Positions 19,402-25,986 of a stretch of DNA of 39,303 bases are shown in pieces. The stretch comes from a virus. Numbering within the stretch: the first letter of the stretch is position 1; each line of letters opens with the position of its first letter. A program made the position numbers and the translations under genes. Below the pieces are notes generated by a model. That model did no database searches, was not told the DNA's origin, and saw only the letters and a program-made list of their open reading frames with translations. The stretch covers positions 1 through 39,303 of the IMG/VR virus record IMGVR_UViG_3300020047_004329, one strand, 5' to 3'.

Positions 19402-19796
19402 ACCCACTCATCATCGGACCCGTCCTTGAAATCGGCAAATCACTGATAGACCGGCTGTTTCCCGATCCCGCACTCAAGGCCAAGGCCGAACTAGACATGA
19501 TGGTGCTGTTGCAGACGCAAGACCTGCAGCGTGTGCTGGGACAGCTTGAGATAAACGCAAAGGAAGCGGCAAACCCTAATATGTTCGTGTCGGGATGGAG
19601 ACCGGCCATAGGCTGGTGCTGTGGCCTGGGCTTTCTGTGGGCGGCGATAGGACAGCCCGTGTTTACCTACGTCGCAGCCGTGAAGGGATGGCCCCCTGCC
19701 CCTGCGATTGATACAGAGGTGCTGATGTACGTGTTGGGCGGTATGCTGGGCCTTGGTACTCTGCGCACCGTCGAAAAGGTGAAGGACAAGGCCTAG
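19398..19796 (+). CDS. holin (3-TM, GTA/HP1-type)
   Basis: 132 aa. The N-terminal LIDRLFPDP...K motif and C-terminal hydrophobic segments fit the Holin of 3TMs family. ATGA coupling to the endolysin gene. Confidence 0.7.
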   Translation: MNPLIIGPVLEIGKSLIDRLFPDPALKAKAELDMMVLLQTQDLQRVLGQLEINAKEAANPNMFVSGWRPAIGWCCGLGFLWAAIGQPVFTYVAAVKGWPPAPAIDTEVLMYVLGGMLGLGTLRTVEKVKDKA

Positions 19797-20032
19797 CCCT
19801 TACGGATAGCGGCGGCAAGTTCAGTCGCCACCACAACCGCGCCATGCATGCGATCTTCCGCGCCAAGTTTCGCCATGAAGTCGCACACCTTCGCGCACCG
19901 CTCCCGCTCTGCTGCTGTAGCGTCACGCCATGCTGCCTGCCAAACAACCTTCACAGCGTCGAACATTCGTTCCGGCCTAGCCTTGGTGGAATGTGCGGCC
20001 CACCATTGCCCGAACGCTTCTTCTTCTGTCAT
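19793..20032 (-). CDS. hypothetical protein (AERERCAKVC...AAAIR family)
   Basis: Start trimmed to the ATG at 20032 (SD ggaga, ATGA overlap with the upstream gene). 79 aa. Confidence 0.5.
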   Translation of the reverse strand: MTEEEAFGQWWAAHSTKARPERMFDAVKVVWQAAWRDATAAERERCAKVCDFMAKLGAEDRMHGAVVVATELAAAIRKG

Positions 20033-20247
20033 GTGCCAATCTCCAGTTCTTCTATCATTCGCGCCAGCACTAGCCCGTAATTGCTCAGGCTGTCGGTAGC
20101 GTCGAAGTCGCGGCACACCTTCGCCGCAGCCTCAATCGCAACCCGCATAGCCTCGCGCTGTATGGCGCGGACTTCTGCGGGGCTCACAATCCAGTTTCCA
20201 TCACTTAGGACGAATTCCGTCTTCACGGGGGGCAATGGGATGGTCAT
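20029..20247 (-). CDS. hypothetical protein
   Basis: Start trimmed to the ATG at 20247 (ATGA overlap). 72 aa. Contains an AAAKVCRD motif related to its neighbours. Confidence 0.45.
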   Translation of the reverse strand: MTIPLPPVKTEFVLSDGNWIVSPAEVRAIQREAMRVAIEAAAKVCRDFDATDSLSNYGLVLARMIEELEIGT

Positions 20248-20516
20248 GCTTGCGCTCCAAAGCCAGCCGCGCTCATCCATTGGTCGCTCGACTTTCTCAG
20301 GCTCCAGTTTTCCCGGCGAAGGGCATTCACCTCCGCGACAAGTTGCGCCATTTGCCGTCCTGTGCGGATTGCCTCAAAGTCTCTTGGGTCAAGTTGATCC
20401 TCCATCCAGCCGTCATCCTTCGGGTCATACGCCCGGCTGGTTTGCATAAAGCCATCGTTTGTGTAAACGTGATACGGCTTCCCGTTTTCGTCGCGCGATA
20501 GTTCAAATTCCATCAT
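20244..20516 (-). CDS. hypothetical protein
   Basis: 90 aa. Starts MMEFE directly after a conserved junction cassette. Confidence 0.5.
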   Translation of the reverse strand: MMEFELSRDENGKPYHVYTNDGFMQTSRAYDPKDDGWMEDQLDPRDFEAIRTGRQMAQLVAEVNALRRENWSLRKSSDQWMSAAGFGAQA

Positions 20517-20690
20517 TCAGTCCTTGGTGGTTGGGGTGGTGCCTTCCGGCTTGCGCCGTGCAAGCTCATCTTTGCAGGCTCTTGCAAATTCAAGATCGCT
20601 CGGTTCGCCGCTTTCCATGCACTCCCTTGCCATGTACAGCAAATCGGCAATGCTCATGTGGCTCAAGTCTGGTGCTTCGTATTCCATCAT
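20517..20690 (-). CDS. hypothetical protein
   Basis: Start trimmed to the ATG at 20690 (ATGA overlap). 57 aa. Starts MMEYE and ends TTPTTKD. Confidence 0.45.
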   Translation of the reverse strand: MMEYEAPDLSHMSIADLLYMARECMESGEPSDLEFARACKDELARRKPEGTTPTTKD

Positions 20691-20947
20691 TGCTCCTTGG
20701 TGGTTGGGGTGGTAGGGATGCGAATGGCGGCAGCGTAAGCCGCTGAATCTTCTAGCAAGTAGCTCAAGCCCTCGCATACCCTGGCTGCTCTTTCCCGCTC
20801 CGCTAGGGCGCCAGCCTGCCATGCCTCCCATTGGATGGCTATGGTTGCATGAAGATAGTCTCCCGACTCATTCCTGCCGGATAGCATCTGCTTTTGATCT
20901 TCATCGAAGTCAAGCCACATTTCAAACGCGGTTCTGTCGAACATCAT
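20687..20947 (-). CDS. hypothetical protein (AERERAARVC...AAAIR family)
   Basis: Start trimmed to the ATG at 20947 (SD ggagaaaa). 86 aa. Paralogous motif to 19793-20032. Confidence 0.5.
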   Translation of the reverse strand: MMFDRTAFEMWLDFDEDQKQMLSGRNESGDYLHATIAIQWEAWQAGALAERERAARVCEGLSYLLEDSAAYAAAIRIPTTPTTKEQ

Positions 20948-20966
20948 TTTTCTCCGTGTAAGTTGG

Positions 20967-21182
20967 TTACAGCAGGTCACGCGGCGCAGGCTCAAACCAG
21001 TCGGCGTCATACAGCGATTCCGAGGTGCCATTTTTCAGTGTCGGCGTAACCCGGAAACAGATGCGGCTTTGGCTGGCCGTATTTTCTAGCCTGTCCACAA
21101 TACGAACCAGCGTCATGCCCTTGCCGTTGTAGTCGGTAACAGCATCGTCACCGGGTTTGAGCATTCGTCCTGCTTTGCTCAT
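20967..21182 (-). CDS. hypothetical protein
   Basis: Start trimmed to the ATG at 21182. 71 aa. First gene after attP-like element 1. Confidence 0.45.
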   Translation of the reverse strand: MSKAGRMLKPGDDAVTDYNGKGMTLVRIVDRLENTASQSRICFRVTPTLKNGTSESLYDADWFEPAPRDLL

Positions 21183-21432
21183 GCGGCCACCCCGCAAAAA
21201 ATCCGTGAAAACTTTGTGAATTTGTAGGCTATTCCGCGTCCCGCCGTAGGCTTGTCGCTCCGGCTCTCACTGGGGAAAACCGTGATTTGACGCGGGGTTG
21301 CATGGAGCGGGTGAAGGGAATCGAACCCTCGGACACTTTGCGCTAACGTGTTGATTTTGTTCATATTTTTTGCTGCCGCAAAATTAATTCGTGAGAATTC
21401 CGTGAATTTCAGGGGGTTGCGGTGGCTGGTAA
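21183..21432 (-). other. attP-like non-coding element 1 with tRNA-Gly 3'-end core
   Basis: The reverse complement of core 21303-21328 is GGGTTCGATTCCCTTCACCCGCTCCA (T-loop, acceptor 3' strand, discriminator U, CCA). TTCACGGA-type octamers flank it on both arms (plus-strand tccgtgaa at 21202 and 21399; variants at 21214 and 21388). Confidence 0.6.
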
Positions 21433-21603
21433 TGCCGTGCAAAGTCCGAACCACGGTTCACCGTCGCGCCAAGCTGACTTGATTTCAGCCACCTTTTCAA
21501 TCGTGCGAACCATGTGCCAAGCGGTTGCCATGTCGCCAACATCGTGTTGCATGACGCTGCCGTCCGCGTACTCAAACTCTATTTTGATGAATGCTGGCGT
21601 CAT
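21409..21603 (-). CDS. hypothetical protein
   Basis: 64-aa ORF coupled by ATGA to the upstream gene. Its last codons lie inside element 1. Confidence 0.5.
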   Translation of the reverse strand: MTPAFIKIEFEYADGSVMQHDVGDMATAWHMVRTIEKVAEIKSAWRDGEPWFGLCTALPATATP

Positions 21604-21755
21604 GCCGTCGTCACCGCTGGCTCAGTTGGGCCTGTCTGTGCGTTGATAAACCCGCGCAGTCTGATGGTTGGACCATTCGCGCCGCCCTGCATATGTTCAA
21701 CACAATCAATGTCCAGTAGTGCCAGTGATTTAGCCTGCGATGGGTCCATGCTCAT
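21600..21755 (-). CDS. hypothetical protein (51 aa)
   Basis: Below the ORF-track cutoff. ATGA overlaps at both ends link it to its neighbours. Confidence 0.35.
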   Translation of the reverse strand: MSMDPSQAKSLALLDIDCVEHMQGGANGPTIRLRGFINAQTGPTEPAVTTA

Positions 21756-21792
21756 TCTCCTTTGGGTTTGGTCGGGGCTGTAGGTGTGGCTG
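21752..21792 (-). repeat. 41-bp gene-junction cassette, copy 1 (identical to 22073-22113)
   Basis: tcattctcctttgggtttggtcggggctgtaggtgtggctg. On the minus strand it encodes ...ATPTAPTKPKGE*, the SD and the ATGA start of the next gene. Confidence 0.85.
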
Positions 21793-22003
21793 GTGGTGTG
21801 GGTTCTGGGTCTGTCTGATGCGTCTTTTGCACAAACATGTGGAACCCGCAGTCACCGCAGTTAATTGACGGTGCCACTTGCTGCCCGTCAAAATGCCACG
21901 GGCCTTCAGGGATCATCATCAGGTCGTATCCATTCCGGCACTTGTGCCGCAGCCAAGCATGTTTGCCATCGGCATCCGGCCAGCATTGATAGTCCCTTAC
22001 CAT
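21752..22003 (-). CDS. hypothetical Cys-rich protein
   Basis: 83 aa with SD aggagg upstream. The C-terminal tail PTAPTKPKGE is encoded by the 41-bp junction repeat. Confidence 0.5.
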   Translation of the reverse strand: MVRDYQCWPDADGKHAWLRHKCRNGYDLMMIPEGPWHFDGQQVAPSINCGDCGFHMFVQKTHQTDPEPTPPATPTAPTKPKGE

Positions 22004-22072
22004 TTCACCTGCCTCCTGTTTCCTTGGTTGACGGTCGTCTGCACCGGGTGGGTTTTGATCTCTTCGTCCATA

Positions 22073-22113
22073 TCATTCTCCTTTGGGTTTGGTCGGGGCT
22101 GTAGGTGTGGCTG
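22073..22113 (-). repeat. 41-bp gene-junction cassette, copy 2
   Basis: Identical 41-mer at the 3' end of an unrelated gene. Confidence 0.85.
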
Positions 22114-22303
22114 TCCGCTTGTCGTGTTCGGCCTTGATAGCGACATACACGCCATTGAGCGGCAATTTGTCGGTTACCTCGCCGGCCTGCGCTTCGATTG
22201 GGGCTGTTGACCATTCCTGCAGGTCTTTCACCCGCAGCGTGCGGTTGTTGAAGTGCCGTCGCGCTTCGGATGCGATGGCGCTCTCCAGGGATCGCATGCT
22301 CAT
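22073..22303 (-). CDS. hypothetical protein
   Basis: 76 aa. First gene after attP-like element 2. Starts ATGAGC like 20967-21182. Confidence 0.5.
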   Translation of the reverse strand: MSMRSLESAIASEARRHFNNRTLRVKDLQEWSTAPIEAQAGEVTDKLPLNGVYVAIKAEHDKRTATPTAPTKPKGE

Positions 22304-22548
22304 GGCTGTGCCTCCGAATAAATCCGTGAATATTCCGTGAATCTGTAGCCCCGATCCCGTCCTGCCGTGGACGGGTTGCGCTGGCTCTCACAGGGGAAAA
22401 CGCTGATTTGGCGCGGGCTTAGATGGAGCGGGTGAAGGGAATCGAACCCTTGTACGGTTGGCGCTAACGTGTTGATTTGCATGGTGTTTTTGGAATCGCT
22501 ATATTTTCTGTGCAGCGAACGTGTGAATTTCAGGTGGTGGCGGTGGCA
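22304..22548 (-). other. attP-like non-coding element 2 with tRNA-Gly 3'-end core
   Basis: Core 22424-22449 is identical to 21303-21328. Shared flanking blocks: AAATCAACACGTTAGCGC and CCCGCG.CAAATCA.CG.TTTTCCCC.GTGAGAGCC. tccgtgaa octamers at 22323 and 22334, with a variant at 22521. Confidence 0.6.
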
Positions 22549-22549
22549 G

Positions 22550-22744
22550 TTATTGCGGGTTGTTGTGAACGTACACAGACGCGCCAGTTTCCGGATCAAC
22601 GTAATCCAGCACAGGGGCGCACCAGCAATCGGCGTTTGTCTCATGCCTTCGTTTGGTGCAATCTGCGTCACCGCATACGGGCCTATCGCAAGCGCAATCC
22701 GGCCATCTGCAAACGTGCGCTTCTGGTGTGGTTGGGGCGGTCAT
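22550..22744 (-). CDS. hypothetical Cys-rich protein
   Basis: Start trimmed to the ATG at 22744 (SD ggaggagga, ATGA overlap). 64 aa. Confidence 0.5.
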   Translation of the reverse strand: MTAPTTPEAHVCRWPDCACDRPVCGDADCTKRRHETNADCWCAPVLDYVDPETGASVYVHNNPQ

Positions 22745-22872
22745 TCCTCCTCCAGTGGCACATCGCGCCATTCGCCTTGGCCTGTCTGCACATCACGCCA
22801 CCATTGCTGTAGGACGCGCTGGCCAACTTCGCTTTCAATCCAGCGCAGTTGCGTGGTTGCTTCCAGTGTCAT
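22741..22872 (-). CDS. hypothetical protein (43 aa)
   Basis: Below the track cutoff. ATGA overlaps at both ends. Product MTLEATTQLRWIESEVGQRVLQQWWRDVQTGQGEWRDVPLEEE. Confidence 0.4.
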   Translation of the reverse strand: MTLEATTQLRWIESEVGQRVLQQWWRDVQTGQGEWRDVPLEEE

Positions 22873-23051
22873 GGGGTTCCTTTCTTGTCTCCGAGTGCTG
22901 CGCGAGCCGCTTCCGATGCAGCGGTATAGCTTTCGAGCGTCGATTCAGCATCTTCACCAGACAGCAGTCCCCGCAGCGCATCCTCTAGTTCCTTGACCCG
23001 CTCACGCAGTGGTCCCACGACTTCGTTTTGCAGGCGGATGTTGAGCGCCAC
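22869..23051 (-). CDS. coiled-coil protein, or C-terminal part of a -1 frameshift product with 22985-23212
   Basis: GTG-initiated 60-aa ORF overlapping the upstream gene by 67 nt. Its end is ATGA-coupled to the next gene. Confidence 0.4.
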   Translation of the reverse strand: MALNIRLQNEVVGPLRERVKELEDALRGLLSGEDAESTLESYTAASEAARAALGDKKGTP

Positions 23052-23212
23052 CGTTCTGCGTCGTCCCGAAGCCGCTCCACTTCATCGCAAAGCGCATTGA
23101 TAGCCAATATCGCCCCCGGTGGCGCTACATGCAGCCGCCAGCCGTTCGTGATGCGCTCCCATGCTGCGAGGTCGTAGTTTGCTCGGTAGGTGGCTATGTC
23201 TTCGGGGCTCAT
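22985..23212 (-). CDS. hypothetical protein (N-terminal part if frameshifted)
   Basis: Start trimmed to the ATG at 23212 (ATGA overlap). After ...LRDDAERWR the frame gives a junk-like tail. Confidence 0.45.
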   Translation of the reverse strand: MSPEDIATYRANYDLAAWERITNGWRLHVAPPGAILAINALCDEVERLRDDAERWRSTSACKTKSWDHCVSGSRN

Positions 23213-23916
23213 GGCGTGGCCTTCCTGGCTGCGTCGATAGCGGCGTCTATGTCGTTGTGCCCTTTGCGCTGATCCTCGGTTAGAACACAATCCCAAATCC
23301 AGTCGTCGCGCTTGCTTCCATGCTCTCCGCTTGTAAGCCAACGATACCGCTCTGCATCCTCCCGCAGCCTCGCATTCACACACCCAGCCCGCGTGCAGCC
23401 TGCGTGACACGAATGAATATCGACGGCACGGGCGTTGGCAAGCTCCCGCGTCAGGCGCTCCAGTTCGTCACGCAGCGCGGCGTTCTCCGATGCGCGCTCA
23501 CGCCATCCGGGAATGAACTCGTCAAGTTCATCGGTTCCGAAACCGCCACGGCACAAGCCTTCTATCAGGGCTGGCTGCGGGCTCCACTTCTTGCAGTAGG
23601 CGGCGTATGCCTCAAGGTGCAACGACCACGGGATTCCTTGCGGCCAGCCTTGGACAGGGGCTATCTTTCGTTCAGGCGGCTTCAAAATATTCTGGCCCAA
23701 ACCTATCGGGCAGGGCTTCACCGGGCATTCGGCGCAGTACCGATGTGGCGCAGCATGCGGGCAATCTTCAAACCTTGCCTCACACAACATCCGCAGCATA
23801 TCGGCGCAGCCTCGCAAAGCCTCGCGCCGGTCTGGACTACCTTGGCCGCTGTCGGCTTCGGCTTGCCATACGCCGGCCAGCGTTGCAAGCGCGAAAAGAG
23901 AAATGCTGTCAGCCAT
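23209..23916 (-). CDS. hypothetical Cys-rich protein
   Basis: 235-aa ORF with multiple Cys/His clusters and a coiled-coil segment. Confidence 0.6.
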   Translation of the reverse strand: MADSISLFALATLAGVWQAEADSGQGSPDRREALRGCADMLRMLCEARFEDCPHAAPHRYCAECPVKPCPIGLGQNILKPPERKIAPVQGWPQGIPWSLHLEAYAAYCKKWSPQPALIEGLCRGGFGTDELDEFIPGWRERASENAALRDELERLTRELANARAVDIHSCHAGCTRAGCVNARLREDAERYRWLTSGEHGSKRDDWIWDCVLTEDQRKGHNDIDAAIDAARKATP

Positions 23917-24043
23917 TACGCGGCCCTCCCTTTGCCCGGTGGTCCATGCTCTTGTCCTTGAGAACCTCGGTGTAGAGCTTCAAGTTCAATCCGAGGATTG
24001 CAATGTTCGCCAGCAGGATCAATACGCCCGTTACGTCAATCAT
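23909..24043 (-). CDS. small membrane protein (44 aa)
   Basis: Below the track cutoff. ATGA overlap upstream. TM segment VTGVLILLANIAILGLNL. Confidence 0.4.
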   Translation of the reverse strand: MIDVTGVLILLANIAILGLNLKLYTEVLKDKSMDHRAKGGPRNG

Positions 24044-25077
24044 TTGCTGTCTCCCGTAATGCCGCGCAGGGCGTCGACTGCAGCGTCCAAATGCTCGCCA
24101 TTGATGACCACGTTGTCAGGCGTCTTGCCAGCAAACACACCGCCGGCCCTGATCGCGTCGATCGGCGCATTGCGCAGGATCGCGTACCGCACCGCATAGT
24201 CGCGCATGTCCTGCGGCGAGATAGCGCAGTTGCATCCACTGCAGTCTGGTCCGCATGCCGGCTTGATGCAGAGGTAGGGCTCATGCGGCTCCCGCACAGC
24301 AGGGGCGGCAGCACCCTTATCGATCAGCGCCTGCGCTGCTTCCGACACTGCCGGGTCGAGCGCGATCATCACCTCAGTCTCGATCACTCGGTTCAGGATT
24401 GACGCTGGCGGCTCACCAATTGGCGCGTCCAAGCACAGGATGGCAAGGCGGTCCAACACGGCAGACTTCCAATGGTCGGCGGGCACAGCAGGGGCGGCAG
24501 GCCGATCATTGCAGCAAACATCACCCACGCGGCGCGGACAGTTTGTCCATTCGCAATTCACAGCAGGGGCGGCATCCTCAACCCGCACCCGCACCACATC
24601 AGCACCCATCTGCCCGCACACAAACAAAGCATCGGGCGGGATCAGGTCGGGCACAGCAGGGGCGGCAGACAGTCGCTCCAGTGCGTCAGCGGCGGCAATC
24701 AGCGCCCGATGCGTTTCATCGTCTCCGTTGCCCTCAATCAATTGCCAGTGCGCGGCCTCGCGCGTCCGCTGAATCAGCACCGCCATGTCATCGGGCACAG
24801 CAGGGGCGGGCTGTGCTTGCGGGGTGGCGAGGCCAAGCGTCATGCTGGCATCTTCGCCATTGCGCCACGCATCGAATACAGCGTTGATAGACTCGATTTG
24901 CTGGTTCACCGGCTGCGTTTCCGGCTGTGCCAGTGCTGCGCGCAGGGCGGCAAGCGTCAACTGTGCGCGGTGTATGAACGACGAGCTGGCCGCGTCGATA
25001 TTGAGCTTCCCGCCAGCGCGGCGGTCCCACATGGCTTCGATGGTGTCTGCAGCCAGTTGCAAAAGTTCGCGGCTCAC
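24040..25077 (-). CDS. modular Cys-rich protein with five AAPAV linkers
   Basis: 345 aa with a GTG start (GTGA overlap). Five in-frame copies of one 14-mer encode (A/P)APAV between small segments. Confidence 0.6.
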   Translation of the reverse strand: MSRELLQLAADTIEAMWDRRAGGKLNIDAASSSFIHRAQLTLAALRAALAQPETQPVNQQIESINAVFDAWRNGEDASMTLGLATPQAQPAPAVPDDMAVLIQRTREAAHWQLIEGNGDDETHRALIAAADALERLSAAPAVPDLIPPDALFVCGQMGADVVRVRVEDAAPAVNCEWTNCPRRVGDVCCNDRPAAPAVPADHWKSAVLDRLAILCLDAPIGEPPASILNRVIETEVMIALDPAVSEAAQALIDKGAAAPAVREPHEPYLCIKPACGPDCSGCNCAISPQDMRDYAVRYAILRNAPIDAIRAGGVFAGKTPDNVVINGEHLDAAVDALRGITGDSK

Positions 25078-25247
25078 AGCTTAATCCTCCGACAATCATG
25101 GTTATCCCGCTCGGGCCGATACACCGGTCGGCGGAACAAATCATTGCGCGGCGGTAGTGCTTCGCCTGGTTGTTTCTGCCGTGGTTTGTAGCCGCGATAC
25201 TCCGCGCCGAGGGCATCGCGTTCGCGTTTTGACAGGGTGATGTTCAT
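25074..25247 (-). CDS. hypothetical basic protein (57 aa)
   Basis: Below the track cutoff. Fills the gap between the exonuclease gene and the 345-aa gene, and is coupled downstream by GTGA. Confidence 0.4.
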   Translation of the reverse strand: MNITLSKRERDALGAEYRGYKPRQKQPGEALPPRNDLFRRPVYRPERDNHDCRRIKL

Positions 25248-25248
25248 G

Positions 25249-25986
25249 CTATTCAGCCTGAAAAGTCATGCGCCGATAAGCTGCGCGAGTGATGGCAACA
25301 TCGTTCTCGCAGTACCTCGCAACGTCGTCCAACTTTCCAGCCTGCACCATCGGCCACACATCGGCACCTGTAGTCATGCCCTTGCCTTCTATACCGAGCG
25401 CAAGGCACAACTTATCCAAACTGATGCGATTGCCAACACCGGCAAACTGCACCATCGTGTCGTACACGCGGTCAGACTCCCATGGTTTTGCTTGTGCTGC
25501 ACGCCAGATAACCGGGTGCGGTCGGATGCCGTTAACGATGTAGCGTTGCAGCAGAAAACGCAGATCGAACGCGGCGACGTTGTGCCCGACGATAGTGATT
25601 TGCACCTGATCTGCAAGCCGGGTGTTGTTGGCAAGTGCTTGATTGAATTTGGACAGTACAAAACCTTCATCCATGCCGTATATCGTGGTTGATTTTCCGT
25701 CATCGTGCATGTCGTAGCCGATGCACACAATCTGCCCAAACGCGCCATCAAGCCCAGTCTTGTCGATCTTGTCGGCCAGTTTCCCGGCAAAGTCCGCCTT
25801 AAGGTTTGCCTTTGCGTTTTCGATGTACTCTGCGATCTTCACTTCGTCCTTGTAGTTGGACGGTGCCTTGACGGCTTCCAGCGCCTGGGCCAGTTCGTCG
25901 CGCATTGATTCCTCAAAATAGGCGCGAACGTCCGAGCGTTGTGCGGGTATCGTCTCAATATCCAGATAGATGGGGTACGTGTTCAT
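25249..25986 (-). CDS. 3'-5' exonuclease (DEDD, PolB-exo-like)
   Basis: 245 aa with ExoI YLDIETIP, ExoII HNVAAFDLRFL and ExoIII YCENDV motifs. Confidence 0.75.
   Translation of the reverse strand: MNTYPIYLDIETIPAQRSDVRAYFEESMRDELAQALEAVKAPSNYKDEVKIAEYIENAKANLKADFAGKLADKIDKTGLDGAFGQIVCIGYDMHDDGKSTTIYGMDEGFVLSKFNQALANNTRLADQVQITIVGHNVAAFDLRFLLQRYIVNGIRPHPVIWRAAQAKPWESDRVYDTMVQFAGVGNRISLDKLCLALGIEGKGMTTGADVWPMVQAGKLDDVARYCENDVAITRAAYRRMTFQAE

Noticed and set aside
105-19700. Numerous 60-313-aa minus-strand ORFs overlapping the structural genes (for example 3553-4494, 5649-6740, 14275-14949, 17992-18648), and the mirror situation on the plus strand over 19800-29400.
   Set aside because: These are typical GC-rich antisense or off-frame ORFs. 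They have Arg/Ala/Pro/Cys-rich composition and no SD or coupling signals, and each overlaps a gene with recognisable motifs.
21303-21379. Possibility that the tRNA-Gly-like cores belong to complete 77-nt tRNA genes (also 22424-22500).
   Set aside because: Only the T arm and 3' acceptor strand are present. The would-be 5' strand pairs at 5 of 7 or fewer positions, and there is no D arm (no GG loop) or anticodon hairpin.
22005-22076. Tiny ORFs (23-24 aa) in the 70-nt spacer between 22073-22303 and 21752-22003.
   Set aside because: Two mutually exclusive frames with no distinguishing evidence. The spacer mainly provides an aggagg SD for the downstream gene.
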